Shown here: piece by piece, positions 46,001 to 57,407 of the stretch
Position numbering within the stretch: the stretch's first letter is position 1
Layout of the letters: each line of letters opens with the position of its first letter
Source: Epithemia pelagica
Taxonomy: Eukaryota; Protista; Bacillariophyta
Direction: 5' to 3'
DNA: 64,000 nt
Assembly: GCA_946965045.2 (NCBI GenBank)
Contig: OX337241.1
Location: forward strand, 2,046,001 to 2,110,000
The notes under the pieces: model-generated
The model's database searches: none
Seen by the model: the letters and a program-made list of their open reading frames with translations, nothing else
What the model was told of the DNA's origin: nothing
Made by a program: the position numbers and the translations under genes

Positions 46001-47173
46001 AATGCACAATTCCACCAAAAAGTACAAGGTTTGTGTATCGGGATGAAACCGTGTCTGGACCGGATTGTGTTGACTTCGTTCCAACATGGACGGAACCAGT
46101 GTTTGTTTGGCCCACTCCAGGACTGTCGTGGGATTCATTCTGGAACGACCATGTGTGGTCGTGGCGGCAGGAGTAGGAGTTGCCGCATCGTCTTCTTGGT
46201 CTTGTTGCAATTGTCGAGTAAGGACATGCAACAAGACATTGTTGGCCGCCACGGTAAATTCAAAAAGATTGTGATGGTGATAAGTTTGCAACTTTTGCCA
46301 CACAACTGGGACCGAGAACACGTCCGTTTCTGGTTGTGGTGGTTGTTGTTGTTGTGAATTTGAATGGGACTGTGTGTCATTGGTGGGTGGTGGGGTCCAT
46401 GAGGGTGGTTGCAAAGGAGGAGAACGACGACTGGAGGATGGGCGGTTTGTAGTTCGCATGGCATCTCGCCAAATCAACAAGACCGCCGCCAAGGTTTCGT
46501 ATTCCAAGGGCAACTGGATCGGTGGTTGGGTTGTGGTTGTGGTTGTGCTTGTAGAGTGCTGCACTTCGGCCACCATGCGATCCACAATGGCAAATCCATT
46601 GTGGACGGCTTGGACTCGATCCTGTGGCTTGAGTATCCCTTTGTTGGTATGAACGCGAAGGTCCTTGAGCAAGGCTTCACCTTGATTCCAATGAGAGGCG
46701 TTCATGGAACCCAATGGTCGGGACACAAAATCTTGTTGCAGTCGTTTCCAGTGTGCCAAAAATTCATTCTCGTTGTCTCTTTGGGAGGTGGTGCTAGTTG
46801 TCGATTTCAAACAAGTGTCGTCATCACCCCGGCGTCGGGGCACGGGCGGAGTTTTTCCTGGCAGTGTCGACATGCACTGAACATGGCGGCATGGTCGCGC
46901 CCTTGGTGAGAGGGAGAAGGAACAAAATGGCGACGATGGTCTTGCTTGCAACGGGGTGGTGGTGGTGCAGCTGGTGGTGGTCATCGGACGAGACACCAAA
47001 GGCATCCTTGAAGAACAACTTGAAGTCCATTCGCTTCCGGTGCCATTCTTTTTTCTACAAACTGTCGTCCCGAAGCAACCTCCATACCATGGGATTCGAC
47101 GACTTGGCTGCCGCAAGGAACATCTGGCTGACGCTGATCCTCGTGAGGCTCCGACCAATAGGAACCGTGTCAT
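43100..47173 (-). CDS. Pentatricopeptide-repeat (PPR) protein, 1357 aa, probably organellar
   Basis: Many ~35-aa repeats (PDMACYSSLLWAHAK, TYNLLLTAYAR, PDAFTYTSYLWAL, PSVVTFSAVLTAL, PSTRQFNAVLSCWAQS). Arg/Ser-rich N-terminus. Confidence 0.92.
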   Translation of the reverse strand: MTRFLLVGASRGSASARCSLRQPSRRIPWYGGCFGTTVCRKKNGTGSEWTSSCSSRMPLVSRPMTTTSCTTTTPLQARPSSPFCSFSLSPRARPCRHVQCMSTLPGKTPPVPRRRGDDDTCLKSTTSTTSQRDNENEFLAHWKRLQQDFVSRPLGSMNASHWNQGEALLKDLRVHTNKGILKPQDRVQAVHNGFAIVDRMVAEVQHSTSTTTTTTQPPIQLPLEYETLAAVLLIWRDAMRTTNRPSSSRRSPPLQPPSWTPPPTNDTQSHSNSQQQQPPQPETDVFSVPVVWQKLQTYHHHNLFEFTVAANNVLLHVLTRQLQQDQEDDAATPTPAATTTHGRSRMNPTTVLEWAKQTLVPSMLERSQHNPVQTRFHPDTQTLYFLVELCILTHNPQAHVQADAYLQQLQDCQKQQQDGSNDHVSSKYEPSTYFYCAVMEAHSKYNPHPTAALERIWHLFEQMTGANPRHADESVPPPRADTFVLQEQQLALEQLDDIAMSRTCIALANVKHPQHKNIQAARFILDAHCQAVLKRHQDKDHSSYSRTTMSGTTPPPKQVSTRMFVAVLAAYSRAGMATQAQHLLDYMEQLATTLGDPHLRPDMACYSSLLWAHAKVGNTEESQAVFQRMIQAMEEGGSLLVDSWHPQAWSRVWNGILMSWVDSKDSIDVMKSILERMEQYNNNSTQQSGRPRLFFTVHTYNLLLTAYARPTQPNPQKAAVEAEQLLEWMETQPQHDGAATIFPDGSSYFNVIRAWANAGEPERCEFHIRKLYENIVQGKIDTTALQAQHFNVVIEAWAKSSHRSSTSTATIPRIQSVLQRMRQMGVAPDAFTYTSYLWALVNSIREKNRHSQKHYRNQKEVEAKLVLEVFQDMKDQWEKGNSSVKPSVVTFSAVLTALSLSEDSAAVEKVKQLMEDMREMELSLTIDVTITCMTAFMKHFRAERAEELYQHVQEMYKAGDSSMKPTEFLHRTRLHSWCKVGNPEQAAAALWEWIQGADDDMTKPPSTVDFTSVLVAWIKSGRPEGLEKAERGLDRMMELSKNGTYDCYPNAGTFRTILSAYAKSNLPNCGEKAAAVFERLKRLEVEQPHDNDTLKPSLTMYNMVMQAWVKEHQPHKAEQVFQQAKEDLGLGESGVHWTRVQAWVQAGNPEMATRALHEWMTEEEAQKPSTRQFNAVLSCWAQSRHLDATRRAHQIFQGMYQLASPTNRKNLTPKTCESGPDMVSYETLIVMYSRTNSPDSASQALSLLNSMKQQALTWKQTNNQLDQSNLTCYVETIVAIAQSNDPKLEQSARSLLEELRKKPASFWVSNKNHNGTALHRIKTALSDCSYPSKVQMMVELYKLNRTVEAATRNIRSN

Positions 47174-47556
47174 TTGCTGTAGCAGCTCTCATGGAATGTT
47201 GGTCATTGGACCACTTGCGCGCACACAACCGCCGCCTATACGCGGAGACCTTTTTGGATGGTGTTGTTGTCGTTGAGCTGCTGCTGTTGGTCGTTTGGAG
47301 ATGGGCATTGACAGTGTCCCAGAGAATAAACAGGATGAGTGGTCTCGACTTCTGCTTTCTGGATCTTTTAAAAGTGACCCATAAACGACTGAATGGAAAA
47401 GATCCGTCGCTTTTTATTCGCGGAAAACTCGTCAGGAAGACGTCGCGTCCTTGGCATATTCAGTTTGGGTGTTGAAGAAGGTTGAAGGTTGCAAACCGCA
47501 AGGCAACCAGCAACCCATCCGCAACCAAACCAACCAAAAGACAACCAACAATTAGG

Positions 47557-49509
47557 ATGGCAACCCTCGTATCATCCGCTGGAGTAATGGAGAAGGGCCG
47601 ACTGCTTCTAACCCGTGCATCCTCTACTCGTATGCAGAGCACTACTGTCTTGATTCGAAAGGCACTCTCGTCGTATCGGACGGCGGGTCGGTGGTGGTGT
47701 GGTTGGCCCGGCTTCCACCGCACTGCTCCTCTTGCGGTTCCACCACCACAACCAACTGCCAGGACGGTTCCGTCGACACAATCATTAACCATAGCCAGCG
47801 GTGGACACTTGGGCTACGCCCAAAGAGCGTTTTCCAAGGAAACCAACACCAATGACAGCAGCAGGAGCAACCACAACGACAACACGGCCTCGACCAACAC
47901 CAAGGTGGATTTGCAAATGAGTTTGTTCAAAAATCCCATTGTACAACGATTGTGGTCCGAACGACAACATGCCAAACAACAAATGGGCAACAACAACAAC
48001 AATGACGATTCATCATCCGCCGAATCCACAACAAATCATCATCCCTTGTCCAGTCAATTGCAAGTCTCGTATCCCTTTTCCACCGATTCTCTCTTGTACG
48101 ATACCTATCGCAATCCATGGGGTCAAATACGCATTGGCAAAATGTTGGAAGATTTGGATGCCTTGGCCGGTAACATTGCCTTTTTTCATGTCCAACGAAA
48201 TAGACTGGACAACCACCACAATGATACCTCCTTTCCCGTCATTGTCACTGCCTCGGTGGATCGTATTCGATTGCGACGACAGCCTCTGGTGGGATCGGAT
48301 CAATTCTTGACCGGTCAAGTCACGTACGTGTAACGAGAGCCTCCGCGAGTGGAGCGTCTTGTGATTAAAACTACCAACACGACCATCACTCACATTCCAT
48401 CTTACATTGCCGGCTCTTTCGTTTCTAATATTTTTTGTTTTGCCATTCAACCTCAACTACGACAACATATCAGTTGGACCGGACGATCGTCCATGGAAAT
48501 CAAAATGTGTTGTTCCGAATCTCCTCATCCTTCACCATTGGATGATTGGTTGGAAGCCTATGTAACATTTGTCACCTTGGATCCAAAGACCAAAAAACCC
48601 ATGCCCATTCCTTCTATTGTGCCACAAACACCTGAGGAAAAACAAGAATTTCAAAATGGAAACCATCGAGCCCAACTCAAGAAACAACATCGCAAAAAAC
48701 TGGGCATGATCACCAACAACAACAACAAGACCAAACAAGAGGAGACACCGGGTCAAGTGGTGGACCGTCACGAACGGATTGAAGCCATGGCACAAGAATT
48801 GCTCAACGATGCTTCCCCCTTGTTGAATTTACCCTCCCTTGCCAATCCACATGACATTCTCATGGATCAAACCGCCATGCAAAATGCCATGATTGCTCAG
48901 CCACAAGTTCAAAATTTACACAATCGCATCTTTGGTGGCTTTTTGATGCGACGAGCCTTTGAATTGGCCTTTGCGACTGTCTATTGTTTTGCGGGAGCAC
49001 GACCCATTTTTCTAGAAGTGGACCAAGTCTCCTTTACCCTGCCGGTCGATGTGGGAGATTTGCTCATTTTTCGTAGCCACGTCTTGTATACCGACAGTGG
49101 ACGGTTGCGGGATTATTACCAACACACGAATGACCAGGATCCGACGACGACGACCACCACCAAGTCTGCGACGGAATCCTTGTCGGAGGAACAAGAAGAC
49201 CATGTTGTACCCTTGGTGCATGTCCAAGTGGAGGCCAGTGTCACGGTACCCGAACAAGCCAAATCACACGTGTCCAATCTCTTTCATTTCACCTTTGGAA
49301 TTGTTCCCGAACAAAAAAAGAGTTCCAGTACAACCACCGAAACGTTGGAGGCACCCACCACCACCACCACCACCACGACTCCCACGATTCGACGCATCTT
49401 ACCATCCAATATTGAACAAGCACGACGAATGGCATCCCGTATGGTAGCCAATGAAGAACAAAAACAATTGGATCAACGACAACAATCGCCACAAAAAAAT
49501 ACAAACTGA
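47557..49509 (+). CDS. ACOT9: Double-hotdog acyl-CoA thioesterase (ACOT9/10-like)
   Basis: Exons 47557-48323 and 48474-49509 (GTACGT..CAG). Motifs YRNPWGQIRIGKMLEDLDALAG, IVTASVDRI, GQVT|WTGRSSMEI and NRIFGGFLMRRAFELA. Mitochondrial-type presequence. Confidence 0.88.
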
Positions 49510-50002
49510 TTTGCATCTTTTTGAGAGTCTGAATTTGACACACAGCCCCAGAATGGCACGTTTTGGACCATGAGAACAAAGAGACTATCGCAACGGTACC
49601 AACGAGTGGTCTTGTCTGTCCATGGAAACTTGAGAGCTTTTGAGAATCCGCCGTTCAATGGAAAGTTCGGGCAAGATGCTCGCAGCATGTTCTTTGGAAG
49701 CTTGCCTTTCGGAAGCAGCCTCATGTGAAACAATATCCACGAAGTTGGTTATTTACCACAAAGCTCTTGCACGAACCATATGTGCCACTAGAAGAGTATC
49801 CATTAAAATTGTTTTGGTGTGTTATAGCTGTCTGAATACAGATACAAAGGCATCGCCCAGTATTATATCAATACTACGTATGTAAAACTATAAAAGGTTG
49901 ACCACAAATCCTCATGAGCCCACCTTCTCTTCCCTCAAGATGTGTGCGTGCGTGGGTGGTTCATCTCGGGTCTCCTTTGATGAGATGATCCTCATCTTCT
50001 TC

Positions 50003-52176
50003 TTAATCCACCTTGATGGTACTAAAGATGGTACGAATAAACCAGAGCGCGGTCAATGCCCCAGCAGATCCCAACACCAAGAACATGCAACCACAAATGA
50101 TAAACATGTACCCAAAGTAGAGTAGGTATGTCATGAGCAAACGAGATGCTTCCAATTGTTTGAACCAGAAAATACTGTAGATGAAGGTAAACAAGGCCGC
50201 ACTGCCCGAAGTGCAAAAGGAGAACCACCTGTATTTAATTGAACCAGGTTCCAAAGCATCACATCAGGAGTAACACCAACCAGAGAAAAAGAAAACAACA
50301 AAGAAACAGCAAACAACGGCACAGCATTGAGACGATACATCTTGTGATTAGACAACAACCACCGAATCCACCACCAATTCCCTGAATGCATCTTCGGTTT
50401 GACTTACCACCATCGATGATTTTCGGCACACAATTGATAATACACCATGAGAATGGTCACTTCAGCAGAGGTGACAATCATGATAATATACACCAAGAGG
50501 GTGAAACCAAAGACATAGTAGAACTGATCCATCCAGAGCGAACTCATGACGAAAAAGAGTTCCACGAAGGCCGCCACAAAGGGAATAATACCCGCCACCA
50601 ACATGGCAAAGGTGGGATGCATGACAAAGTTGGCGGGAGGAGGAATGGCCCGAGCAATGGTAGACGTAATAGTGGGAAATTCCATGGCGGGTGCCTTGTA
50701 GGCAGCAAAGGCACCGCTAAAGACAAGAGGAATGGAGACTCCACACCACATGACCACCACCAACAAGACATCCCAGAGGGGTGCGCCGACCGAGTATTTT
50801 TGGAAAAAGAGAATGATATTGAAAAAGACAAAGACAAAAAAGACTGTACCGGGTACAAAGAGTGCCGTCACCACGGTACAGAGTTGCCATTGCTTTCCAT
50901 TCATTGCCTTGTAGAGGTAGGAGCTGACATATCCAGCAACGACACCCGTCAACATGTAAAAGACGAGAATGGCCACCATGAGAGATCCTCGTCGAGCAGG
51001 ACTCAGGAATCCAATAGCACTCAAGCAAATGGCACATAGGGCGGTGAGGGCCAATTGCGCACCCGAACCACAAAAGACGCAAAAGAACATGACATGCTTA
51101 GAGGGTGGTCGAAAGACATCGGCATGCAACATTTTCCAGCCTCGCTCTTCTTCCTCTTCCTCCTTTTCTTCTTCTTCATCGGCCAAGACCGCCAGGGCAT
51201 TATAGGCATCAATGTCTCGACGTAAATTACGGACCAAGACACTAATGAGCAACATACTCAAAAAGACCACCACCAAAATGGAATTGGTGATGGAATACCA
51301 ATGCACTTGGGCAGGTACCAAATGATCTTCCGTGAGGTAAATATCCCAGCGACTGGACCATTCCACTGGGCTTTGTTTCCAGGTAACGTCGTACGTATAC
51401 AAAATGGTTTCGTCCGGTTTGACCACCTGACTATCCTTGATCTCCTCTCGTGTCAATTTTTTGGTCGTGGAACATGTTTCCAAGGGTTTGGTCATACCAT
51501 CTGCCGATTCTCCATCCCACTGATAACCTCCTTGGAATTTATGTTTGACCGACAATGGCTCTACAGCAAATCCGACGACACGGTATCCTCCTTCGTAGGG
51601 ATGGTAATCGATTTCAATACTGACGTGATTGTAAATGTAGGTTTTCTTATCTTCTGTGGACATGAAACCAATCGGAAATCCTCCAGCATATCGTTTGCGC
51701 AACTTTCCGTTGGCATCGAGGCCAATGGCGGCCGAGGGGAGATTGTCAATGATCCAGTTGTTGTGGTAGCCGTACTTGATATGCAAAATTAACTTGGCGG
51801 CCTGAACCTTGCTCAACTTGTTTTGACAAACTTTGTGACAATACATTTCCGTCAACATGTTAATGGTATAGGGAGACGATTGGATCTTGTTGCCCGTCAA
51901 AAATTCCCCCAAATTTTCCGTCGCCATGGTGGGACCACCGGGCGGCTTACAAAAGGGAAGCTTGTAATAGTTGCGAGGAATTTGAGTCTTGATCGATGTC
52001 AGTGTATTGATTTTCAACTCCACGGCGTCTCCTTCCTTCAAGGTCAAGGGCGCCACACCTGGAATATAAAAGGCCTTGGCTACCGGCAAGCTCCACCAGC
52101 CGCCAACAATGACAGTCATTAACATCATCATTGTACTCATGGAAGACCCAGCTTTAGAAAACATGTGCGTCTTCAT
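50003..52176 (-). CDS. TM9SF: Transmembrane 9 superfamily (EMP70/TM9SF) protein
   Basis: FYIPGVAP after a signal peptide, ENLGEFLTG, NWIIDNLP, VHWYSITNS, GWKMLHADVFRPP and CAENHRWW|W. Exons 52176-50408 and 50228-50003. Confidence 0.95.
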
Positions 52177-52611
52177 CGTTGTGGATTTTATGCGTCCTCT
52201 GAGACTGCTATTCGATCGTCTGTTGTGAGTATGAGGAGTTGGGTTTTCAAACAAGAGAGAGAGGGAAATCGATCTCAATCATCGCGGTGCGCTGTCCAGA
52301 AAAGAGGCCAATAGCAGCATTTGTCGCACCCAAAATTTCCGATTTCAGGTGCAACACGAGTCATTTGGACTGCCTCGCGCGAAATTCACTCACCCGGCGC
52401 GCTTAAGTAACTTCTCCCCAGTTTCCACCGTTCATGTCATGTTTGTTAATTAAAATGTCATATACATGTCTTAATTTCCTGACTGGTACCCACATCCTCG
52501 GCGCCTCATCCATACCTCCATCCGAGGCAACGAGTCTAAATGACAATACGAGATCATTGTTGCATCCATTCTTCTCCATCCATACCTCTTCCCAAACGAG
52601 GCTAATCGAAC

Positions 52612-53493
52612 ATGTCAGAGGAACCTTATGAGCAAACGGTTTACCCAAACCAAATCGCCCACTTTGACAATTCCATCAAGGATGCCTTACGAATTGGTTC
52701 GTTCGTTGTATTGAAGAAGAAAGGGATCGATTATGTCGGTCGTTTGGAATGTCGTCAATGGGACGAAGAAGAAGAAAACAAATGGGACATTCGCATTCGG
52801 TTGTTTCATCCTCTATTCAAGAAGCCTAATGATCCGTCGAAATACAAACCCCCTTCCCATTCTTTTACCTCCCTTCTCCATGGACCTGGAGCGAATCAAG
52901 TGGAACTCTACGAATCACAAGACTTATGTTGGATCTCATACACAACTAACCCGGCCAAACTCTCCTTCCTATTTCCTGCGTTTGTTTTCACGATCTCCAA
53001 ACTTTCGCAACCCAAAAATGCATGGGCTTCTGGGCTTTACAACGTTTACATTGTCCGCTATTGGGAAGACCACAAGTACGAGAATGGTTACAAGACGCGC
53101 ATTCTTCGCCCCCTTCCTGACAATGCCAATTTTGGATTTGCGAATGATCACCCTGACTACATCAAACCGACGACGTCCATTGTACCCCGGCGCTGCCTTC
53201 ACACAAGCATTTGGAACGGACTCTATGGGCTCCAGAAAGGTTTGTCCAAACTCCTGAACAAGAGGTCTGGACAAGCTTCAGAGAAAGAAGTTTTGTCCCT
53301 GTCCATTGGACGCCTACCGATGGAGGCCATTCATTATATTATTGTTGTCGCAAATTATCTTTCCTCTATCGATACTCACCCCATTAATTTGTCGGAATCT
53401 TTCTTCCATCTCGACCAAAATCTTCGCAGATCCAAGATCAAGATCTCATTCAACGCGGCCATCGGATTCCTTGTGAATGCAAAGCTTGACTAA
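52612..53493 (+). CDS. Hypothetical protein (293 aa), convergent partner of the transposase
   Basis: ATG-initiated intronless ORF with natural composition. Its 3' end overlaps the transposase 3' end by 48 nt. A faint BAH-like beta-rich N-terminus is inference only. Confidence 0.55.
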   Translation: MSEEPYEQTVYPNQIAHFDNSIKDALRIGSFVVLKKKGIDYVGRLECRQWDEEEENKWDIRIRLFHPLFKKPNDPSKYKPPSHSFTSLLHGPGANQVELYESQDLCWISYTTNPAKLSFLFPAFVFTISKLSQPKNAWASGLYNVYIVRYWEDHKYENGYKTRILRPLPDNANFGFANDHPDYIKPTTSIVPRRCLHTSIWNGLYGLQKGLSKLLNKRSGQASEKEVLSLSIGRLPMEAIHYIIVVANYLSSIDTHPINLSESFFHLDQNLRRSKIKISFNAAIGFLVNAKLD

Positions 53494-56334
53494 CTTGTCA
53501 AAATGAGGAAGCAGACGACGGATTCGTACATTGTCCATAGTTATTGCTCCCAGTTCTTTCTTGTTCTCGTCGTACGGGGCTTTCCAGTGAGTTGGTAGCT
53601 CGACCGTACCAAGGCAGAAACGACACATGACGTCATTGATTGTCTGAATGAAAGCTGTGCATCTATCTCCTTCGTTTGTTCTCTTGTCGGCAGGAATCCA
53701 AGCTAGTTCGTCATTCATTGCACTCTGAAGTCCGTATTTGAGAGCCATCGAAAGAATTTTTATGCCCATGCGATTTTCCATGTGGAGAATGCACGGCACT
53801 GTATCCATTAGATACACCATTGCTGTAGATTGACTGGATGCTTTGTAATCCTCAATCACTTGACTAGCTTGGTAATACTCCCGCTCTCGTATATGATAAG
53901 TTTTCAATCGTCCTTGACGGTCTTTTAGTGTACCTGAGACATCCAACTTTCTCTCGACAAGGTCATTAGTGAGGATGCGGGCATATTCACGTCTCTCAGT
54001 GGCAGATGCCTTCGTCAGATCGAAATGAATGCTTCGGATGTCTCCCAACTCCTTGTCTGAAGGCGTAAGTCTTGGGTCATTCGGAATTGATATCATACTG
54101 TCCGCCCATATCTTCGTAAATTTCTTTTGGATCTCGGGCATCTCGTCGGTAAATCTCTTGACTTCGCCATGCATATCGGCCATGTGTTCCGGTGTACACA
54201 TTGTATGGTGATAACACACCCAACCAGGTTTATCTACATGCTTCAACTGCTTACAGAGTTTACATGCGCTGACTCTGTTCTTGGATAGATGTAATTCGCC
54301 GCTACGCACGGTACACTTCGAACAGGGGAATGTTACTTGCTGTGCCGCTCCACCGCGCCCAAGTAACTTCCATTCACAACTCATATCACAGTTCGTACAT
54401 ATCTGAAGTGGCCAGATACCGAACTGTCTGGGGAGGATTTTCATCGCTCCCTCTCGAATTTCTTGGAACATGTTGCGGAAAATTGATCGAACAAGGCCCT
54501 TGCTCTCTGGTTGGCAGACACACACAATAGGGAAGCAACTGTTCCGTGATTGTGCAAGACTATTCGAACTGTCATTGAACTTGAGGCCGCCCAAAGTGTG
54601 ACTGAGGTTTCTAGTGGAAAGAGCTCCATCTAGGCTCTGTGCCAGCCGAATTGGCCGCCATTTGGCATCTCCATAGAGGCAATGTCCCGAAATGAGAATA
54701 CAAGACATAACATCAGACGCCCGGAACGTAAAGCCTTCAGCACCAGTGGTTTTATTCCGCATAAGCTTGTAGGGACAGAGTCGAGACCCATATTGTTCTA
54801 CCTTGTTTGCACAATCCTGTAGAGCAGAGGTGCTCGGGAGTAGTGTTCTCTGGTGAGATTTTCCGTTGGTTTCTACAGAGCGTAGAACCTCAATCCCTCC
54901 AAAGTTCAACCTTCCTCCCATGAGATCCATTTTCTTCAAGATGTTATAGGGAGTATAAACAAAATTACGCACGTATTGCCTGAAAACCTGGTAAGAGGAT
55001 TCGAATAGCAAGCCGTGGTGGATACGTTTGTCGAGACAAACACAAGCCACGTCGCAAAAAAACATGCCCGCTGCACGACTTGTCGGTTCCATGTTTGACG
55101 TTGCCCTCTTCAGCACTTGTCTAATGTGCTCTACGAGTGTAGCACGGTTGTCGTCTTTATAACAAGACTTCGGGAGACAGTCCATAGCACTTGGTTTCTC
55201 TGTTGTTTGTTCTGCTGTCTTACGATCTTTGTCTTTTTTACGCCAGTATCCTACATCATCGTTGCGTTGCTTGAGGTTCGCACGACATTTATCAAGGTCC
55301 TTCTTCGTTTGTTCTAATTCCAAGGTGAGGTCAATGATCTTCTGTTGGAGGAGGCTAACATTCTCATCATGTGTACTGTCTACAGCGCTATCATATCGCT
55401 CTAAGTTTGGGTCAGATTCGTAAGTTCTTTGCGCTTCTTTGTGGAGGTTGGGGAAAGGGGGTAAGTCATCTTGTTCCTCCATATCATCTTCGCATTCCCA
55501 TGGAGGTAAATCGTCAAGGCTGTTGTCGTCCGGAAAATCTTCGGGTTCGTGAGGATCAGGAGAGTTCTTGTTGGTGGTAGATGGGGTCTCGAGGGATTTG
55601 GATGACTCTTCTTGGGTTTGGAATGACTGGGGAATCTCTTCTTCGCTAATAGATTCCGCAAGTTGGCGGAGTTGTTGTTGAAGATAGTCTGGAGAATCAT
55701 TCGACGTACCACAATTTCTGTCAAACATGATTTCTTCGAGGGATGAGGGAGGCGCAGAGGCGGCTGCTTTTGTGTCAGGGGGGTCAGGATTGGTTGTTTT
55801 ACGTTGCTCGAGTGGAATACAAAACAGTGAGGTGGGAGGTGGTGACGGATAATACTTCGACTTGGGATCTCGATGGGTCGGCCGAACAAAACTGGTATGG
55901 TTTGATTGGCAGGTGTACCGCCCATCTTTTGCTTTTCGGTTTATAAAACAATTCGGTCTGGTTTGTTCTGCTGTGTCGGCGTCGTAACATTTGGAACAAA
56001 ACTTAAAGCCAGGGTACTTCGTTTGCCTGTCACGGCCGTATAAAGAACAGGGAACTTTGTCGTTTTCCGAGCACGAGAGAAGAATCTTTGCAAGTCGTTT
56101 CTTCTCGACAGAGTTTGAATCCGTGCCAACTTGGGATTCTTCACGACGTTGCCGGGTCTGTTTGTTGGGTGATGGAAGCAAGGACTGATTTTCTTCAGCA
56201 ACCTTGTACGCTTCTTCGTACTCCTGTCTCTTCTGAGCATCCGAAATGCGTTTAGACTGTCGCTTCGGTGGACGACGAGATGGGGATATTTGGACATCTT
56301 GTGACGACCGCTTGGCGGCTTTTCTTCGTGGCAT
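53446..56334 (-). CDS. DDE transposase-like protein, Transib/RAG1/CMC-like, C-terminally truncated (962 aa)
   Basis: SLDGA (D1), CDMS..G..FPCSKC (D2 plus CxxC), PCILH (CxxH) and MDNVRIRRLL (compare RAG1 MNGNFARKLM). No third catalytic Glu region before the stop. N-terminal NLS and Cys clusters. Confidence 0.6.
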   Translation of the reverse strand: MPRRKAAKRSSQDVQISPSRRPPKRQSKRISDAQKRQEYEEAYKVAEENQSLLPSPNKQTRQRREESQVGTDSNSVEKKRLAKILLSCSENDKVPCSLYGRDRQTKYPGFKFCSKCYDADTAEQTRPNCFINRKAKDGRYTCQSNHTSFVRPTHRDPKSKYYPSPPPTSLFCIPLEQRKTTNPDPPDTKAAASAPPSSLEEIMFDRNCGTSNDSPDYLQQQLRQLAESISEEEIPQSFQTQEESSKSLETPSTTNKNSPDPHEPEDFPDDNSLDDLPPWECEDDMEEQDDLPPFPNLHKEAQRTYESDPNLERYDSAVDSTHDENVSLLQQKIIDLTLELEQTKKDLDKCRANLKQRNDDVGYWRKKDKDRKTAEQTTEKPSAMDCLPKSCYKDDNRATLVEHIRQVLKRATSNMEPTSRAAGMFFCDVACVCLDKRIHHGLLFESSYQVFRQYVRNFVYTPYNILKKMDLMGGRLNFGGIEVLRSVETNGKSHQRTLLPSTSALQDCANKVEQYGSRLCPYKLMRNKTTGAEGFTFRASDVMSCILISGHCLYGDAKWRPIRLAQSLDGALSTRNLSHTLGGLKFNDSSNSLAQSRNSCFPIVCVCQPESKGLVRSIFRNMFQEIREGAMKILPRQFGIWPLQICTNCDMSCEWKLLGRGGAAQQVTFPCSKCTVRSGELHLSKNRVSACKLCKQLKHVDKPGWVCYHHTMCTPEHMADMHGEVKRFTDEMPEIQKKFTKIWADSMISIPNDPRLTPSDKELGDIRSIHFDLTKASATERREYARILTNDLVERKLDVSGTLKDRQGRLKTYHIREREYYQASQVIEDYKASSQSTAMVYLMDTVPCILHMENRMGIKILSMALKYGLQSAMNDELAWIPADKRTNEGDRCTAFIQTINDVMCRFCLGTVELPTHWKAPYDENKKELGAITMDNVRIRRLLPHFDKLVKLCIHKESDGRVE

Positions 56335-56972
56335 TCCAAAGTCTATTACGCTTTAAAAGCATCAACAGCATAATGACTTCTAAAATTTAGACAAATAGAG
56401 ACAATGGATCAAATGACAGTAACATTGCAATAGGGAGATGGTCGGAGGGAGGTGTAACATGCTATTTGATGAGATGTTGGAAGTGAGAATGATAGGCGAC
56501 TGCTCTTTTATGTTATGCTCAATCCTGTATATATTTTATGATCAGGGAGTGTGACGGACCGCTCGGGTTTTTTTTTAGCAAATTGTGGCAGCACATCCAA
56601 TGATCGGCAAGGAGGTGAGTTTGGACTGCTTGTCGTTTCATGGTTTTTCAATGAAACTGTCAGCGGTAAGTTCCGTAAAATTCTCAAGGAACAGGTTTAT
56701 TCAAAGGAACAAACCGCTGACAAATTCGTTGAAAAATCGGTAAATGGGAGAGTCTTGTAAATGGTGAGTCGTTTTGAGGTGAAATGAGGGTCTTATATTT
56801 AACAAGATTGGCCCCATACATTATTCCACAGTAAAAACTACCTTTCTGATGCGGTATTCGCACAAAATCAAATCGCCCTGCGCGCACAACATGCAGGTAT
56901 TGCTGCTATTGCATTGGTTACGATACGGGGGCAAAATGACCGTTCGATGCCGCCCGCGTGCGATACGGTCGC

Positions 56973-57103
56973 ACATAATATGAATGCACCCACCCAATCG
57001 AATCTACCATTCCGAGGGGTACTTTTCGTAGCGAGAACATAATATGAATGCACCCACCCAATCGAATCTACCATCCCGAGGGGTACTTTTCGTAGCGAGA
57101 ACA
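56973..57103 (+). repeat. 64-bp tandem duplication (2 copies)
   Basis: acataatatgaatgcacccacccaatcg...gtagcgaga begins at 56973 and 57037, with one substitution. Confidence 0.95.
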
Positions 57104-57407
57104 GTAGTCTAGAGAGAAAAGAGTTGGTAGTTTAGGTCCACGATATCTTTGGAGTGCGTTATCATCCACTATACCGGGGACAAGCCATTCTCATAAGACG
57201 ACATAGAGAGACATTCTTCGTGTTTTCTCCGCGACGTCTTTTGGGAGCCACAGCAGCTACAATACTCATTGGCGGTGTCGTTGTCGCGAAGAACGATGTC
57301 GAGTGGTTCAACAGATTTTCCAACAGGTTTTTGACCAAAACCTTGGTTTGGTGAACTCTCGAGGGTATCAACGTTTTCTTGTGTCGCTGTTGAGGTTCGG
57401 AGGTTCT

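Noticed and set aside
52280-57200. TIRs or TSD for the Transib/RAG1-like element
   Set aside because: Candidates (cactcacccgg at 52387; gtg-ending segments near 56550-56960) gave no convincing inverted match by eye. Boundaries are left undefined.
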